A stretch of 64,000 bases of DNA from Cyanobacteria bacterium P01_A01_bin.123 (GTDB lineage: Bacteria > Cyanobacteriota > Cyanobacteriia > Phormidesmidales > Phormidesmidaceae): NCBI GenBank assembly GCA_039815185.1, contig JBCBZT010000002.1, positions 64,001 to 128,000 of the forward strand, given 5' to 3'. Shown piece after piece: positions 1 through 7,718 of the stretch. Positions within the stretch are counted from its first letter, which is position 1. Every line of letters begins with the position of its first letter. The position numbers and the translations under genes are program-made. Under the pieces are notes generated by a model that saw only the letters and a program-made list of their open reading frames with translations, was not told the origin of the DNA and made no database searches.

Positions 1-769
1 TGGGATAAACACCGCTACGAACCTCTTCAGAGAACCGTTCCGCTGCCGCTGCAATATCGCAACGCAACGCTGCATATCGTTTGACAAAACGGGGTGAGCG
101 ATCGCCATGTAGCCCCAACATCTCAGTTGAAACGAGTACCTGGGCATCACAATCAGGCCCAGCCCCAATGCCAACCGTAGGAATCTTCAATGCAGCTGTG
201 ACTTCCCTGGCTGCTGTACTTGGGATAGCCTCGATCAGCAGTGCAAAAATACCCGCATCTTCGAGCGCTAGCGCATCTTGTATCAGTGCATCGACAGCAG
301 CCCTTGTTCTGGCCTGCACTTTGTTACCCCCAAGTTGATGATAAGACTGTGGGGTCAGTCCCAGGTGCCCCATCACTGGGATACCAATTTGGGTGAGCTG
401 TTTGATTAACGCCTCATGGCGACCTTCTAGCTTCACTGCTTGTACACCAGCCTCTTGCACCAACCTGCCAGCATTGCGAATCCCTGCTTCAACCCCATCG
501 TAGGAACCAAAGGGCAGATCTCCAATGACCAGCGCATGACGAGCAGCACGAGCTACGATTTCGCAGTGATATACCATGGCGTTCATGGTTACCGAGATGG
601 TTGTGTTATGGCCTTGAACAAAAATGCCCAGCGTGTCTCCTACCAGAAGCAAGGGAATGCCAGCCTGATCTAGTGCAGCCGCTGTGGGGTAGTCGTACGC
701 TGTCAGCATGGCGAATCGTTCTCCCCGGGCTTTGTAAGACCATAAGTCCTGAATGGTAATGCGATTCAT
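1..769 (-). CDS. panB: 3-methyl-2-oxobutanoate hydroxymethyltransferase (3' end beyond the window edge)
   Basis: Hand translation from the ATG at 769 gives MNRITIQDLW...FAMLTAYDYPTAAALDQAGIPLLLVGDTLG...VMGHLGLTPQS, which are PanB signature motifs. Absent from the ORF track because it runs off the edge. Confidence 0.93.
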   Translation of the reverse strand, partial: MNRITIQDLWSYKARGERFAMLTAYDYPTAAALDQAGIPLLLVGDTLGIFVQGHNTTISVTMNAMVYHCEIVARAARHALVIGDLPFGSYDGVEAGIRNAGRLVQEAGVQAVKLEGRHEALIKQLTQIGIPVMGHLGLTPQSYHQLGGNKVQARTRAAVDALIQDALALEDAGIFALLIEAIPSTAAREVTAALKIPTVGIGAGPDCDAQVLVSTEMLGLHGDRSPRFVKRYAALRCDIAAAAERFSEEVRSGVYP

Positions 770-1010
770 CTTCGTGAAGACCTCGTAAAAAGAGTAAGAG
801 TAGCGATCATGCTTTGCCTAAACATCAAGCTATGCGCAAATAATCCATCAGCCTATTCCTAAGCATCAACCTCAATCGTATTTGAGAGATAAAACCAGTG
901 ATTGGCGATCGCGAACCATGGCGCTGCTAGTTACGCTGTGTTTTGTGCCCAATGCAATCAATGCGACCGCTGCCAGGGATAATAAGAAACCACAGCCATT
1001 CTTTCCCGCC

Positions 1011-1922
1011 ATGACTCCCCGTCGATTTCAGCTCAATCAGTTTTTTCCCTTCTCTTTGTTTCGTGGCGGACAGGGAAAGGGTGCGAGTATCTCGGTCATT
1101 TTTATGGTTGCAGGGATTGTGATTACGCTGGGCTTTATTGCAATCGCGGTCTTTGCCCCCCTGCTTCAAAACTGGGGTATTTTGCAAGATCCCACAGCGG
1201 CTCTACAAAACCCAACCCACCAACCGCCATCAGTAGCCCACTGGTTTGGGACGACTCGTCAAGGCTATGATGTGTTTTCACGTACGCTGTATGGTACCCA
1301 AGCTGCCTGGAAAGTCGTGTTACTAGCCACCGCCATGAGCGTGGTGATTGGTGTGCCCTTGGGGATGGTTAGTGGTTATTTGGGCGGCAAACTCGATCGC
1401 GCCCTGCTGTTTTTTATGGATACAATTTACACCCTGCCTGGGCTGCTCCTATCGGTGACGTTAGCTTTTGTCGTCGGGCGGGGGGTGTTAAATGCTGCGA
1501 TCGCGCTCAGTATTGCTTATGTGCCCCAGTATTACCGGGTAGTGCGCAACCACACCGTCAGCGTCAAGACCGAATTATTTATCGAAGCAGCCCAGGCCAT
1601 GGGGGCATCTACCTGGGCCGTGCTGAGCCGTTACTTGTTTTTGAACGTGGTGCAGAGTGTACCTGTGCTGTTCACGCTGAATGCCGCTGATGCTGTCCTG
1701 ATTTTGGGAGGGTTGGGCTTTTTGGGACTGGGATTACCAGAGCAAACCCCAGAGTGGGGCGCTGATATTCGTCAAGCGCTGGATGCTTTGCCAACCGGTA
1801 TCTGGTGGACGGCGTTGTTTCCCGGCTTAACCCTGACCATGATGGTTACCGGGCTATCCCTTGTGGGCGAAGGTCTCAACGAATTTGTTAATCCCCTGCT
1901 GCGTCGAGAAAATTGGGAATAG
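1011..1922 (+). CDS. Peptide/nickel ABC transporter permease (DppC/OppC family)
   Basis: HWFGTTRQGYDVFSR motif, EAA loop (FIEAAQAMGAS), PEWG motif and multiple TM segments. ATG at 1011 preferred over TTG at 882. Confidence 0.88.
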   Translation: MTPRRFQLNQFFPFSLFRGGQGKGASISVIFMVAGIVITLGFIAIAVFAPLLQNWGILQDPTAALQNPTHQPPSVAHWFGTTRQGYDVFSRTLYGTQAAWKVVLLATAMSVVIGVPLGMVSGYLGGKLDRALLFFMDTIYTLPGLLLSVTLAFVVGRGVLNAAIALSIAYVPQYYRVVRNHTVSVKTELFIEAAQAMGASTWAVLSRYLFLNVVQSVPVLFTLNAADAVLILGGLGFLGLGLPEQTPEWGADIRQALDALPTGIWWTALFPGLTLTMMVTGLSLVGEGLNEFVNPLLRRENWE

Positions 1923-1980
1923 AGGCGTCCTACGTTACTCATCTCTAATGAAACGCTCACCTGTTAGCGTCTAAATATTT

Positions 1981-2787
1981 TTGTCCAGCAAGCCATTGAC
2001 CTCGAAATTGAACAAGATTTTTGTATTAGAGTCACCGACGACTCAAGCCCTGCCGATTTTGGCCAATCTTCCGCACAGTGGCCTTTTTGTCCCAGACGCT
2101 ATTCGTCAGCAGTTAACTGAAGCGCATCAGGCGTTTTTGCCCAATCAGGACTGGCACCTCGATCGGCTCTATGACTTTTTACCCGCGCTGGGTGTCTCCA
2201 CATTGCAAGCGACGCATAGCCGCTACGTGGTTGATCTGAATCGCTCTTTGAAACCCCCCTACTTGGGTGACTTCTGGAGTTCGGTGATACCCAATCAGAC
2301 TGCCTTTAAGGTGCCGCTGTACCAGACACTCCCCTCCCCTGAAGCGCTTAAGCAGCGGCTTCAGGACTATTACTTGCCATACCACGCCCGACTTGCCCAT
2401 CAACTCAGCCAGATGATTCAGCGATTTGGGCGAGTCTACCTGCTTGATTTGCACAGTTTCTACGGTTTGATTACTGATGATGTGTGTTTGGGTAACGCCA
2501 AGGGCAAAACCTGCTCAGAACGGTTGATGGCAAGTGTTGAAAGGGCATTCGTAGATCGAGGCTACGGTGTGGTGCGTAATAAGGCGTTTACGGGTGGTCA
2601 CATTACCCGTCACTATGGCAATCTACCCCATGTTGAAGCGCTACAAATTGAAGTCCGTTATCCGGTTTACTTAGACGAAGATCGGCTGGATGAGCTGACT
2701 GTTCCTGACTGGCAAGTGGCTAAATTTGAAGCGGCAAAGCAGCAGTTTAGGATGGGTTTTGAACAATTCATCGATATGATTTTCTGA
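1981..2787 (+). CDS. N-formylglutamate amidohydrolase family protein
   Basis: PHSG, SRYVVDLNR, YYLPYH, LDLHSF, GGHITRHY and ALQIE motifs. Start position uncertain. Confidence 0.85.
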   Translation: MSSKPLTSKLNKIFVLESPTTQALPILANLPHSGLFVPDAIRQQLTEAHQAFLPNQDWHLDRLYDFLPALGVSTLQATHSRYVVDLNRSLKPPYLGDFWSSVIPNQTAFKVPLYQTLPSPEALKQRLQDYYLPYHARLAHQLSQMIQRFGRVYLLDLHSFYGLITDDVCLGNAKGKTCSERLMASVERAFVDRGYGVVRNKAFTGGHITRHYGNLPHVEALQIEVRYPVYLDEDRLDELTVPDWQVAKFEAAKQQFRMGFEQFIDMIF

Positions 2788-2974
2788 CGGGCTTCTGATT
2801 GAATTGAGGCATTGATCAGTCTAGGTAAAATTCCCTAAAGAAATAATTTAACATTTAATTTCTTCCTCAGAAAATGCTCAGCATCTCCTTATGAGGAGAT
2901 CAGTTGACGCTAAACAATATGTCTCACTATAGGAAATATAGAGAACGTTAAACGCTTCAAAAAGGAGGTTAATT

Positions 2975-3148
2975 ATGAAACGTTATTTGTTTTCTGGGCT
3001 AATCGTCCTCCTAGCCACTGTTGTTACAATACCCCTTGCGAATGCTAGTCAGGTTGGGCTCCAAAATCTCGACGCAGATCTGAATGGAGATGGTCAAGTT
3101 ACCTTGACTGAGTTGAAAAACTACAACCGCGATCAACGTCAAAACTAG
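2975..3148 (+). CDS. Small secreted EF-hand-loop protein (57 aa)
   Basis: Strong SD (AAGGAGG), then MKRYLFSGLIVLLATVVTIPLANA (signal peptide) followed by SQVGLQNLDADLNGDGQVTLTELKNYNRDQRQN*. A terminator-like hairpin follows. Below the ORF-track size cutoff. Confidence 0.8.
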   Translation: MKRYLFSGLIVLLATVVTIPLANASQVGLQNLDADLNGDGQVTLTELKNYNRDQRQN

Positions 3149-3212
3149 CTAATTCAGGTGGAAAACCGATGTGTCAGCTCCTTATTAGTGGTTCATCTTG
3201 ACGCATCATGTC

Positions 3213-3247
3213 TGCGGCTTTGATTAATTTCTTCAAAGCCGCATTTC
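3213..3247 (+). terminator. Intrinsic terminator-like hairpin
   Basis: 11-bp stem TGCGGCTTTGA/TCAAAGCCGCA followed by TTT, between convergent genes. Confidence 0.6.
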
Positions 3248-3383
3248 CTATGTGGAATTCAGACCTAATTTGCTCTAAACCTTGACCAAATATAGATCCC
3301 CAATTTTCCCTGAATACGCGCAAGAATTTTCCCAGGCTAAACACTCAAGCTCTAAAGTCAGATGTGGTTTAAAATCTGCTCGA

Positions 3384-4718
3384 CTAAGTGGCTTCTTTTG
3401 AAGGCGTGGTGTTGCTGGCTAACTGTTCCCGCAGAAGTAATAGAATTCCGCTAGCGATCGCGGCGCTAAAGAGCAAGACTAGCCAGATATTAACCCCTAA
3501 CCATGCGGGATGATCCAAGGCCCAACCGCCTAAAGGAGGCCCGATTAAAAACCCGATTGCCCAGGATTCTGACTCCAGGGCAAAATAGATTCCCCGCAAT
3601 GTAGAGGGGGCGAGATCCCCAACGAGGGAAGAGGCCGAAGGGCCGTAGCAAATTTCGGCAAAGGCGATGAAGGCGAATGCCGTAAGCACCACAACTAAGG
3701 TGTTGATCGGCACAACCCCCGCTAACCAAATGAAGAAAAACCCCCCAGTCCATAGGCCCAAAGATCCCAATAGAACATTGACATGGGGAACTGGCCTTAG
3801 CCAGCGGGTAATTGGCAACTGCAGCAGGATTTTGAGCAGGGCGTGCCAAAAAAAGAAATAGCTGATTAGCTGTTCTGAAAATCCCCGCTCAGTGTTGCCA
3901 CCCGGTAGAAAGTTAGCCAGATATAGGGGCAGTGTGCTGCTGAGCTGGGCTGTGTAGATCGTGAAGAATAGATTGGCACTCAGGTAGGTCACCAAGCGGC
4001 GATCGCTGAGGGCTTGTCGCCAGTTTTGTAACAGGTTTTGAGGTTCCGTTTCGGGCGATCGCGTTTCGGGCGATCGCGTTTCGGCGATCGCCCCGAAAAT
4101 TACCAACCCAAACACCAGATAGGCCAAGCCTTTGCAAATAAACAATACTGGGTAGCTGCCTTCCATCGCGAGGTACTGCCCCGCGATCAATGCCCCCAGT
4201 CCCAACCCAAGATTGTCGGCTAATCGGGTGAGGGCCATGGCTTCGGTTCGATGTTCAGGCGCAGTTAGATCTGTGGTCGCTGCCAGCGTCGCCGGCCAAT
4301 AGAGGCTAATTCCCAGCCCCAACAGTAGGTTCCCGGCGACCAGTAGGGGGAAGGTATCGGCAAACGCTAAGGAGAAACTGCCCAGGGCTGCGATCGCAGC
4401 TGCCATCAGCAAGGTACCACGTCGCCCCAACCGCTCAGAATCAATCGCATTGCCCGCCCAAAATCTCCCCAACGTGCCTGAAATGCCGCCGCTTCCTAGG
4501 GCTAAGCCAACTTGGGTTGGTGAGAAGCCCAACGTGTTGACGAAATAGATAGACGCATAGACCAGGGTGAACCCCTGGCCGATAAACAGGAGTAGCTGGC
4601 CCGCTGCCAAAATCCAAACTTCCCGCCTTAGCTCTGGTAACCAGGCCAAGCCTCTGTTAGCGGGCTCAAAAGACGACTCTGGCTGCCCCATAAAAACTAA
4701 GCCACATCCGATTTGCAA
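3384..4718 (-). CDS. MFS transporter
   Basis: About 12 hydrophobic segments, motif A-like DSERLGRRG, and DLAPSTLRGIYF. True start is probably a few codons downstream (MGQPES). Confidence 0.88.
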   Translation of the reverse strand: MQIGCGLVFMGQPESSFEPANRGLAWLPELRREVWILAAGQLLLFIGQGFTLVYASIYFVNTLGFSPTQVGLALGSGGISGTLGRFWAGNAIDSERLGRRGTLLMAAAIAALGSFSLAFADTFPLLVAGNLLLGLGISLYWPATLAATTDLTAPEHRTEAMALTRLADNLGLGLGALIAGQYLAMEGSYPVLFICKGLAYLVFGLVIFGAIAETRSPETRSPETEPQNLLQNWRQALSDRRLVTYLSANLFFTIYTAQLSSTLPLYLANFLPGGNTERGFSEQLISYFFFWHALLKILLQLPITRWLRPVPHVNVLLGSLGLWTGGFFFIWLAGVVPINTLVVVLTAFAFIAFAEICYGPSASSLVGDLAPSTLRGIYFALESESWAIGFLIGPPLGGWALDHPAWLGVNIWLVLLFSAAIASGILLLLREQLASNTTPSKEAT

Positions 4719-4792
4719 ACTTGAGTTTTAGCTTAGGGGAAAATGCTGGCTCTGGATATGACCAAGATTCAGGGCAGTATGCACACTAGCGA

Positions 4793-4897
4793 TATAGCGC
4801 TGGCCAGATTGCTTAATGCACCTAGTATCGCTGGGATGCCGAACACACAGGCAATCTGGCTCGCCGTAGCGCCCAAAGCTTTGTGGCTACGGCTATA
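4793..4897 (+). mobile_element. 105-bp MITE-like dispersed repeat, copy 1
   Basis: TATAGC...GCTATA inverted ends. Colinear with copies at 10455-10559 and 45612-45716. Confidence 0.75.
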
Positions 4898-4923
4898 TCT
4901 CGAATTTGGGGAGAGCGATTAGG

Positions 4924-5130
4924 TCAAAGAACGGTTGAGCTGCTGGTTTCCAACCAGCTGAAAATCTGGTCTAGCTGCTCAGTGGTTACTAGCCCGTATT
5001 GCCAGAGCACCATCGGCAGTAGGTTAGGCGTCATCTTGCTTTGACGCAGACCCAACGCAATGGCATCTCGAGAGATAGCTAGATCAGAGACCAAGAATTC
5101 AATTAATGAACCATGTTGCAAGGGATGCAT
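4924..5130 (-). CDS. DUF2949 domain small protein
   Basis: LPMVLWQYGLVTTEQLDQIFSWLE motif, typical of cyanobacterial DUF2949. Confidence 0.85.
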   Translation of the reverse strand: MHPLQHGSLIEFLVSDLAISRDAIALGLRQSKMTPNLLPMVLWQYGLVTTEQLDQIFSWLETSSSTVL

Positions 5131-5219
5131 GAGGGATAGATGCCGGAATGATAGGGAGAGCGATTGGTGACTAGCATAGTGAACTATTCTGAATCGGAGA
5201 TGAGTATACCCCTAGAATT

Positions 5220-5287
5220 AATAACCCCGACGAATCCGCCGGGGTAAGTTGGTTATAAAAGTTTCCATAGACTGCCCGAAGGCATTG
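5220..5287 (-). ncRNA. PsrR1-like small RNA, copy A
   Basis: Minus strand: -10 TACATT (5298-5293), 5' hairpin TGCC-TTCG-GGCA, CTATGGAAAC...ATAACCAAC core and terminal hairpin CCCCGGCGGATTCGTCGGGG. The PsrR1 resemblance is from memory and was not searched. Confidence 0.55.
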
Positions 5288-5320
5288 ACGACAATGTAGG
5301 CGATCTCACCCGGAGATACT

Positions 5321-5357
5321 GTAAATGTTTGGTAAAGCCTGATAAAGAAATTGCAAA
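5321..5357 (-). promoter_or_regulatory. Phased TTTAC-like direct repeats (HLR1/RpaB-like) upstream of sRNA copy A
   Basis: Minus-strand TTTGC, TTTAT, TTTAC, TTTAC at 10-11 bp spacing. Largely conserved upstream of copy B (9667-9703). Confidence 0.5.
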
Positions 5358-5708
5358 AAAAATGTCAGCTAACGTTTGGCTCTCGACTCCTCTCTGAGCG
5401 ATCGCTCCCTGTTAGTAAGATATCTCACAAGACGGCGTGAATGAATAGCATCAAATAGCACAATAAAAGCCAAGGCTTTGGAAACAAACTCTCTAAAAGC
5501 ATGTCATAGTACTTTATATTCTGAAGTAATTGACTCTAGAAAAGCACTGGGTCAAAGTCAATCTAATTTGAATTGATTTGGCTCTTCGGAAATCTTGACC
5601 ATAGATTAGAGCAACTCTACCAGGTATAGGTCTAAGATTATTTCAGGGTGTTATCGCTTTATTTTGTTTGGGGCATCGCAGCGGTAAACCCAAGAGAGCA
5701 AAGCAATT

Positions 5709-6014
5709 ATGGACTTTGAAAAGTCAATTTCAAAGCAGTCTATCGCGACCGTTAAAAAAGGATTGCTAGCTTCAGATTTGGCAGGCAAAACAATTGTTCT
5801 CGATATAAATTCAGGTTGCTACTTTGGTTTGCATACAATCGCATCCAATATCTGGAACCTGCCTGAAACACCTAGATCGGATCAAGCGATTCAAAATTCT
5901 CTGATTGCAGGGTACCTGATAATGCCCGAGCAATGTGAGCGAGATATGCTGATGTTGTTGCAAGAATTACAGGGAGAAGGGTTAGTTGAGGTGAAAGATG
6001 AAGCAGTTGTATAG
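5709..6014 (+). CDS. PqqD-family RiPP recognition element (lasso peptide B1)
   Basis: SDLAGKTIVLDINSGCYFGL...IW...LLQELQGEGLVE pattern. Overlaps the B2 gene. Confidence 0.85.
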   Translation: MDFEKSISKQSIATVKKGLLASDLAGKTIVLDINSGCYFGLHTIASNIWNLPETPRSDQAIQNSLIAGYLIMPEQCERDMLMLLQELQGEGLVEVKDEAVV

Positions 6015-6450
6015 GTTTTTTCGTCTCCCTTCCGGCGATCGCCAACTGCTCATCAAGACGTTTATTCTGCTCTCACTGATTAGATTGGGACTCTGGTTAC
6101 TGCCATTTCAAAGATTACGACAATTCCTAGATCTGATTCGCCAGGGAAACCGCCAAGCTTCACAGATCCAACCCACTGACCCGGACAAAATTATCACTGC
6201 CGTTAATATTAGCAGTCGCTATATGCCTGGGGGTGAAAAGTGCCTAGCCCGTGCGTTAACCACACAGACGCTGATGTTTTGGCATGGTTACTCGCCCCAA
6301 CTCCACCTTGGCGTGACTAAGGGAGAACAAGGAGAATTTGAAGCTCACGCTTGGGTTGAACATCAGGGACAAGTCGTCATCGGATATCTAGCAGATCTTT
6401 CGCGCTTCACCCCGCTCTACTACCCGTTTTGGAAGGGGGTTAGATTGTGA
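5998..6450 (+). CDS. Lasso peptide leader peptidase B2 (transglutaminase-like)
   Basis: KCLARAL (catalytic Cys), LHLGV and EAHAWVE (catalytic His). Confidence 0.9.
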   Translation: MKQLYRFFRLPSGDRQLLIKTFILLSLIRLGLWLLPFQRLRQFLDLIRQGNRQASQIQPTDPDKIITAVNISSRYMPGGEKCLARALTTQTLMFWHGYSPQLHLGVTKGEQGEFEAHAWVEHQGQVVIGYLADLSRFTPLYYPFWKGVRL

Positions 6451-6550
6451 GCAGTATTGTTGGGATTGACTACCTTGATGAGCGATTCGTTCAGCCTGAC
6501 AGCTAGGACGAAACTAAGGATCATTGTGGCGTTAAATCCTTCTATCACGA
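6447..6550 (+). pseudogene. Remnant of lasso cyclase (asparagine synthetase-like)
   Basis: A GTG overlapping the B2 stop gives MSSIVGIDYLDERFVQPDS*. An adjacent scrap (R)DHCGVKSFYH resembles the RDHFGVKPFYY motif. The rest of the gene is absent. Confidence 0.65.
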
Positions 6551-6594
6551 TGAGAGATGCCAACTTCAGTTGAGCTATCTATCCGGATCTAGGC

Positions 6595-6643
6595 GTTGGG
6601 TTACCCTGCGGGAAGCAAGCTACGTTCCTCAACCACAACCTAC
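6595..6643. repeat. REP-like element (GTTGGGTT...CAACCTAC) with an internal 21-nt insert
   Basis: GTTGGGTT + ACCCTGCGGGAAGCAAGCTAC + GTTCCTCAACCACAACCTAC, lying between 13-bp direct repeats TATCCGGATCTAG (6580-6592, 6675-6687). Confidence 0.5.
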
Positions 6644-6800
6644 GCTTTCTTATATTTAATTGGGCCTTCCTACTTATCCGGATCTAGATTCTAAGTCTAG
6701 AAATGATTTTGGCTTATGAATTCTGACGTCTGACTTCCTGAAATATCGAAAAATATCTCAGCTTTAAACACACTCCAAATTTCGCAATCTAAGGTATATC

Positions 6801-7718
6801 ATGTTTTCCTACTTCGCTTATGGGTTAGGCATTCAATCAGCTTTGCCAATACCAGAGTTTGTCTCTATGGAGGTCAAATGCGATGTCACAATTCATCTGG
6901 AGAACAATAAGACTTTAGAGGATTATCTGCCGAAGAATATTTTGGGCCAATCAATGGCGCTTAAATTAAGCAGAGAAGAAGCCATTTTTTATTTCAACGG
7001 CATCGGTGCTTTTCATATCTTGAAGGGCTGCAAAATTATTTTTATTCCAGCACAGGAGGCCTGTGAGCGGAGGGTTCGGCTGGCGCTTGTCGGTACAGTT
7101 ATGGCAATTTTGCTCTATCAGCGGGGCTTGCTGGTGCTCCATGCGAGTGCGGTCGAAATCAATGGGGGTGCCGTTGCTTTCTTAGGCGTCCCCGGTCAGG
7201 GCAAGTCGTCAACGGCTGCTGCCTTTCATGCCCATGGGTATGATTTCCTAACTGATGATGTTGCTGCTGTGACGCTCAGTCAAACAATCGCCACCATTGC
7301 CCCAGGCTTTCCACAAATGAAACTGAGTCCAGAGACAGCTGCCGCTCTGGACTATGATTTTGAGTCCCTGTTGAAACTGTACTTGGACGATAAAAAGCGG
7401 GGCTACCGTCCCATTCGCAACTTTGCTCAATTGCCATTGCCGATTCTGCGAATTTATGTGTTGGCGGACGATCCAGAGTTTGACATTGAACCCTTAAGTC
7501 CAAAGGAATCAGTGATGGAGTTGGTGCGTCACTCTCGCCCAACAACGTTACGGATCTCTGGCGATACACCGCACTTTATGCAATGTACTTCGCTGGCTAA
7601 GGCGCATACGGTTTATCGTCTGAAGCGTCCCCGTAACTTGGCCTTGCTCTCCCAGTTAGTCAAGGTCGTTGAAGACCATATTGCTTGTGAGGCGGTTCAT
7701 CCAACTCACGTGTTATGA
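6801..7718 (+). CDS. HPr-kinase-like lasso peptide-associated kinase
   Basis: LVLHASAV, Walker A GVPGQGKSS and LTDD motifs, in a lasso-cluster context. Confidence 0.85.
   Translation: MFSYFAYGLGIQSALPIPEFVSMEVKCDVTIHLENNKTLEDYLPKNILGQSMALKLSREEAIFYFNGIGAFHILKGCKIIFIPAQEACERRVRLALVGTVMAILLYQRGLLVLHASAVEINGGAVAFLGVPGQGKSSTAAAFHAHGYDFLTDDVAAVTLSQTIATIAPGFPQMKLSPETAAALDYDFESLLKLYLDDKKRGYRPIRNFAQLPLPILRIYVLADDPEFDIEPLSPKESVMELVRHSRPTTLRISGDTPHFMQCTSLAKAHTVYRLKRPRNLALLSQLVKVVEDHIACEAVHPTHVL

Noticed and set aside
4793..4897. Self-cleaving ribozyme identity for the 105-bp repeat
   Set aside because: No hammerhead (CUGAUGA/GAAA), twister or pistol core recognised. The TA-bounded TIRs fit a MITE better.
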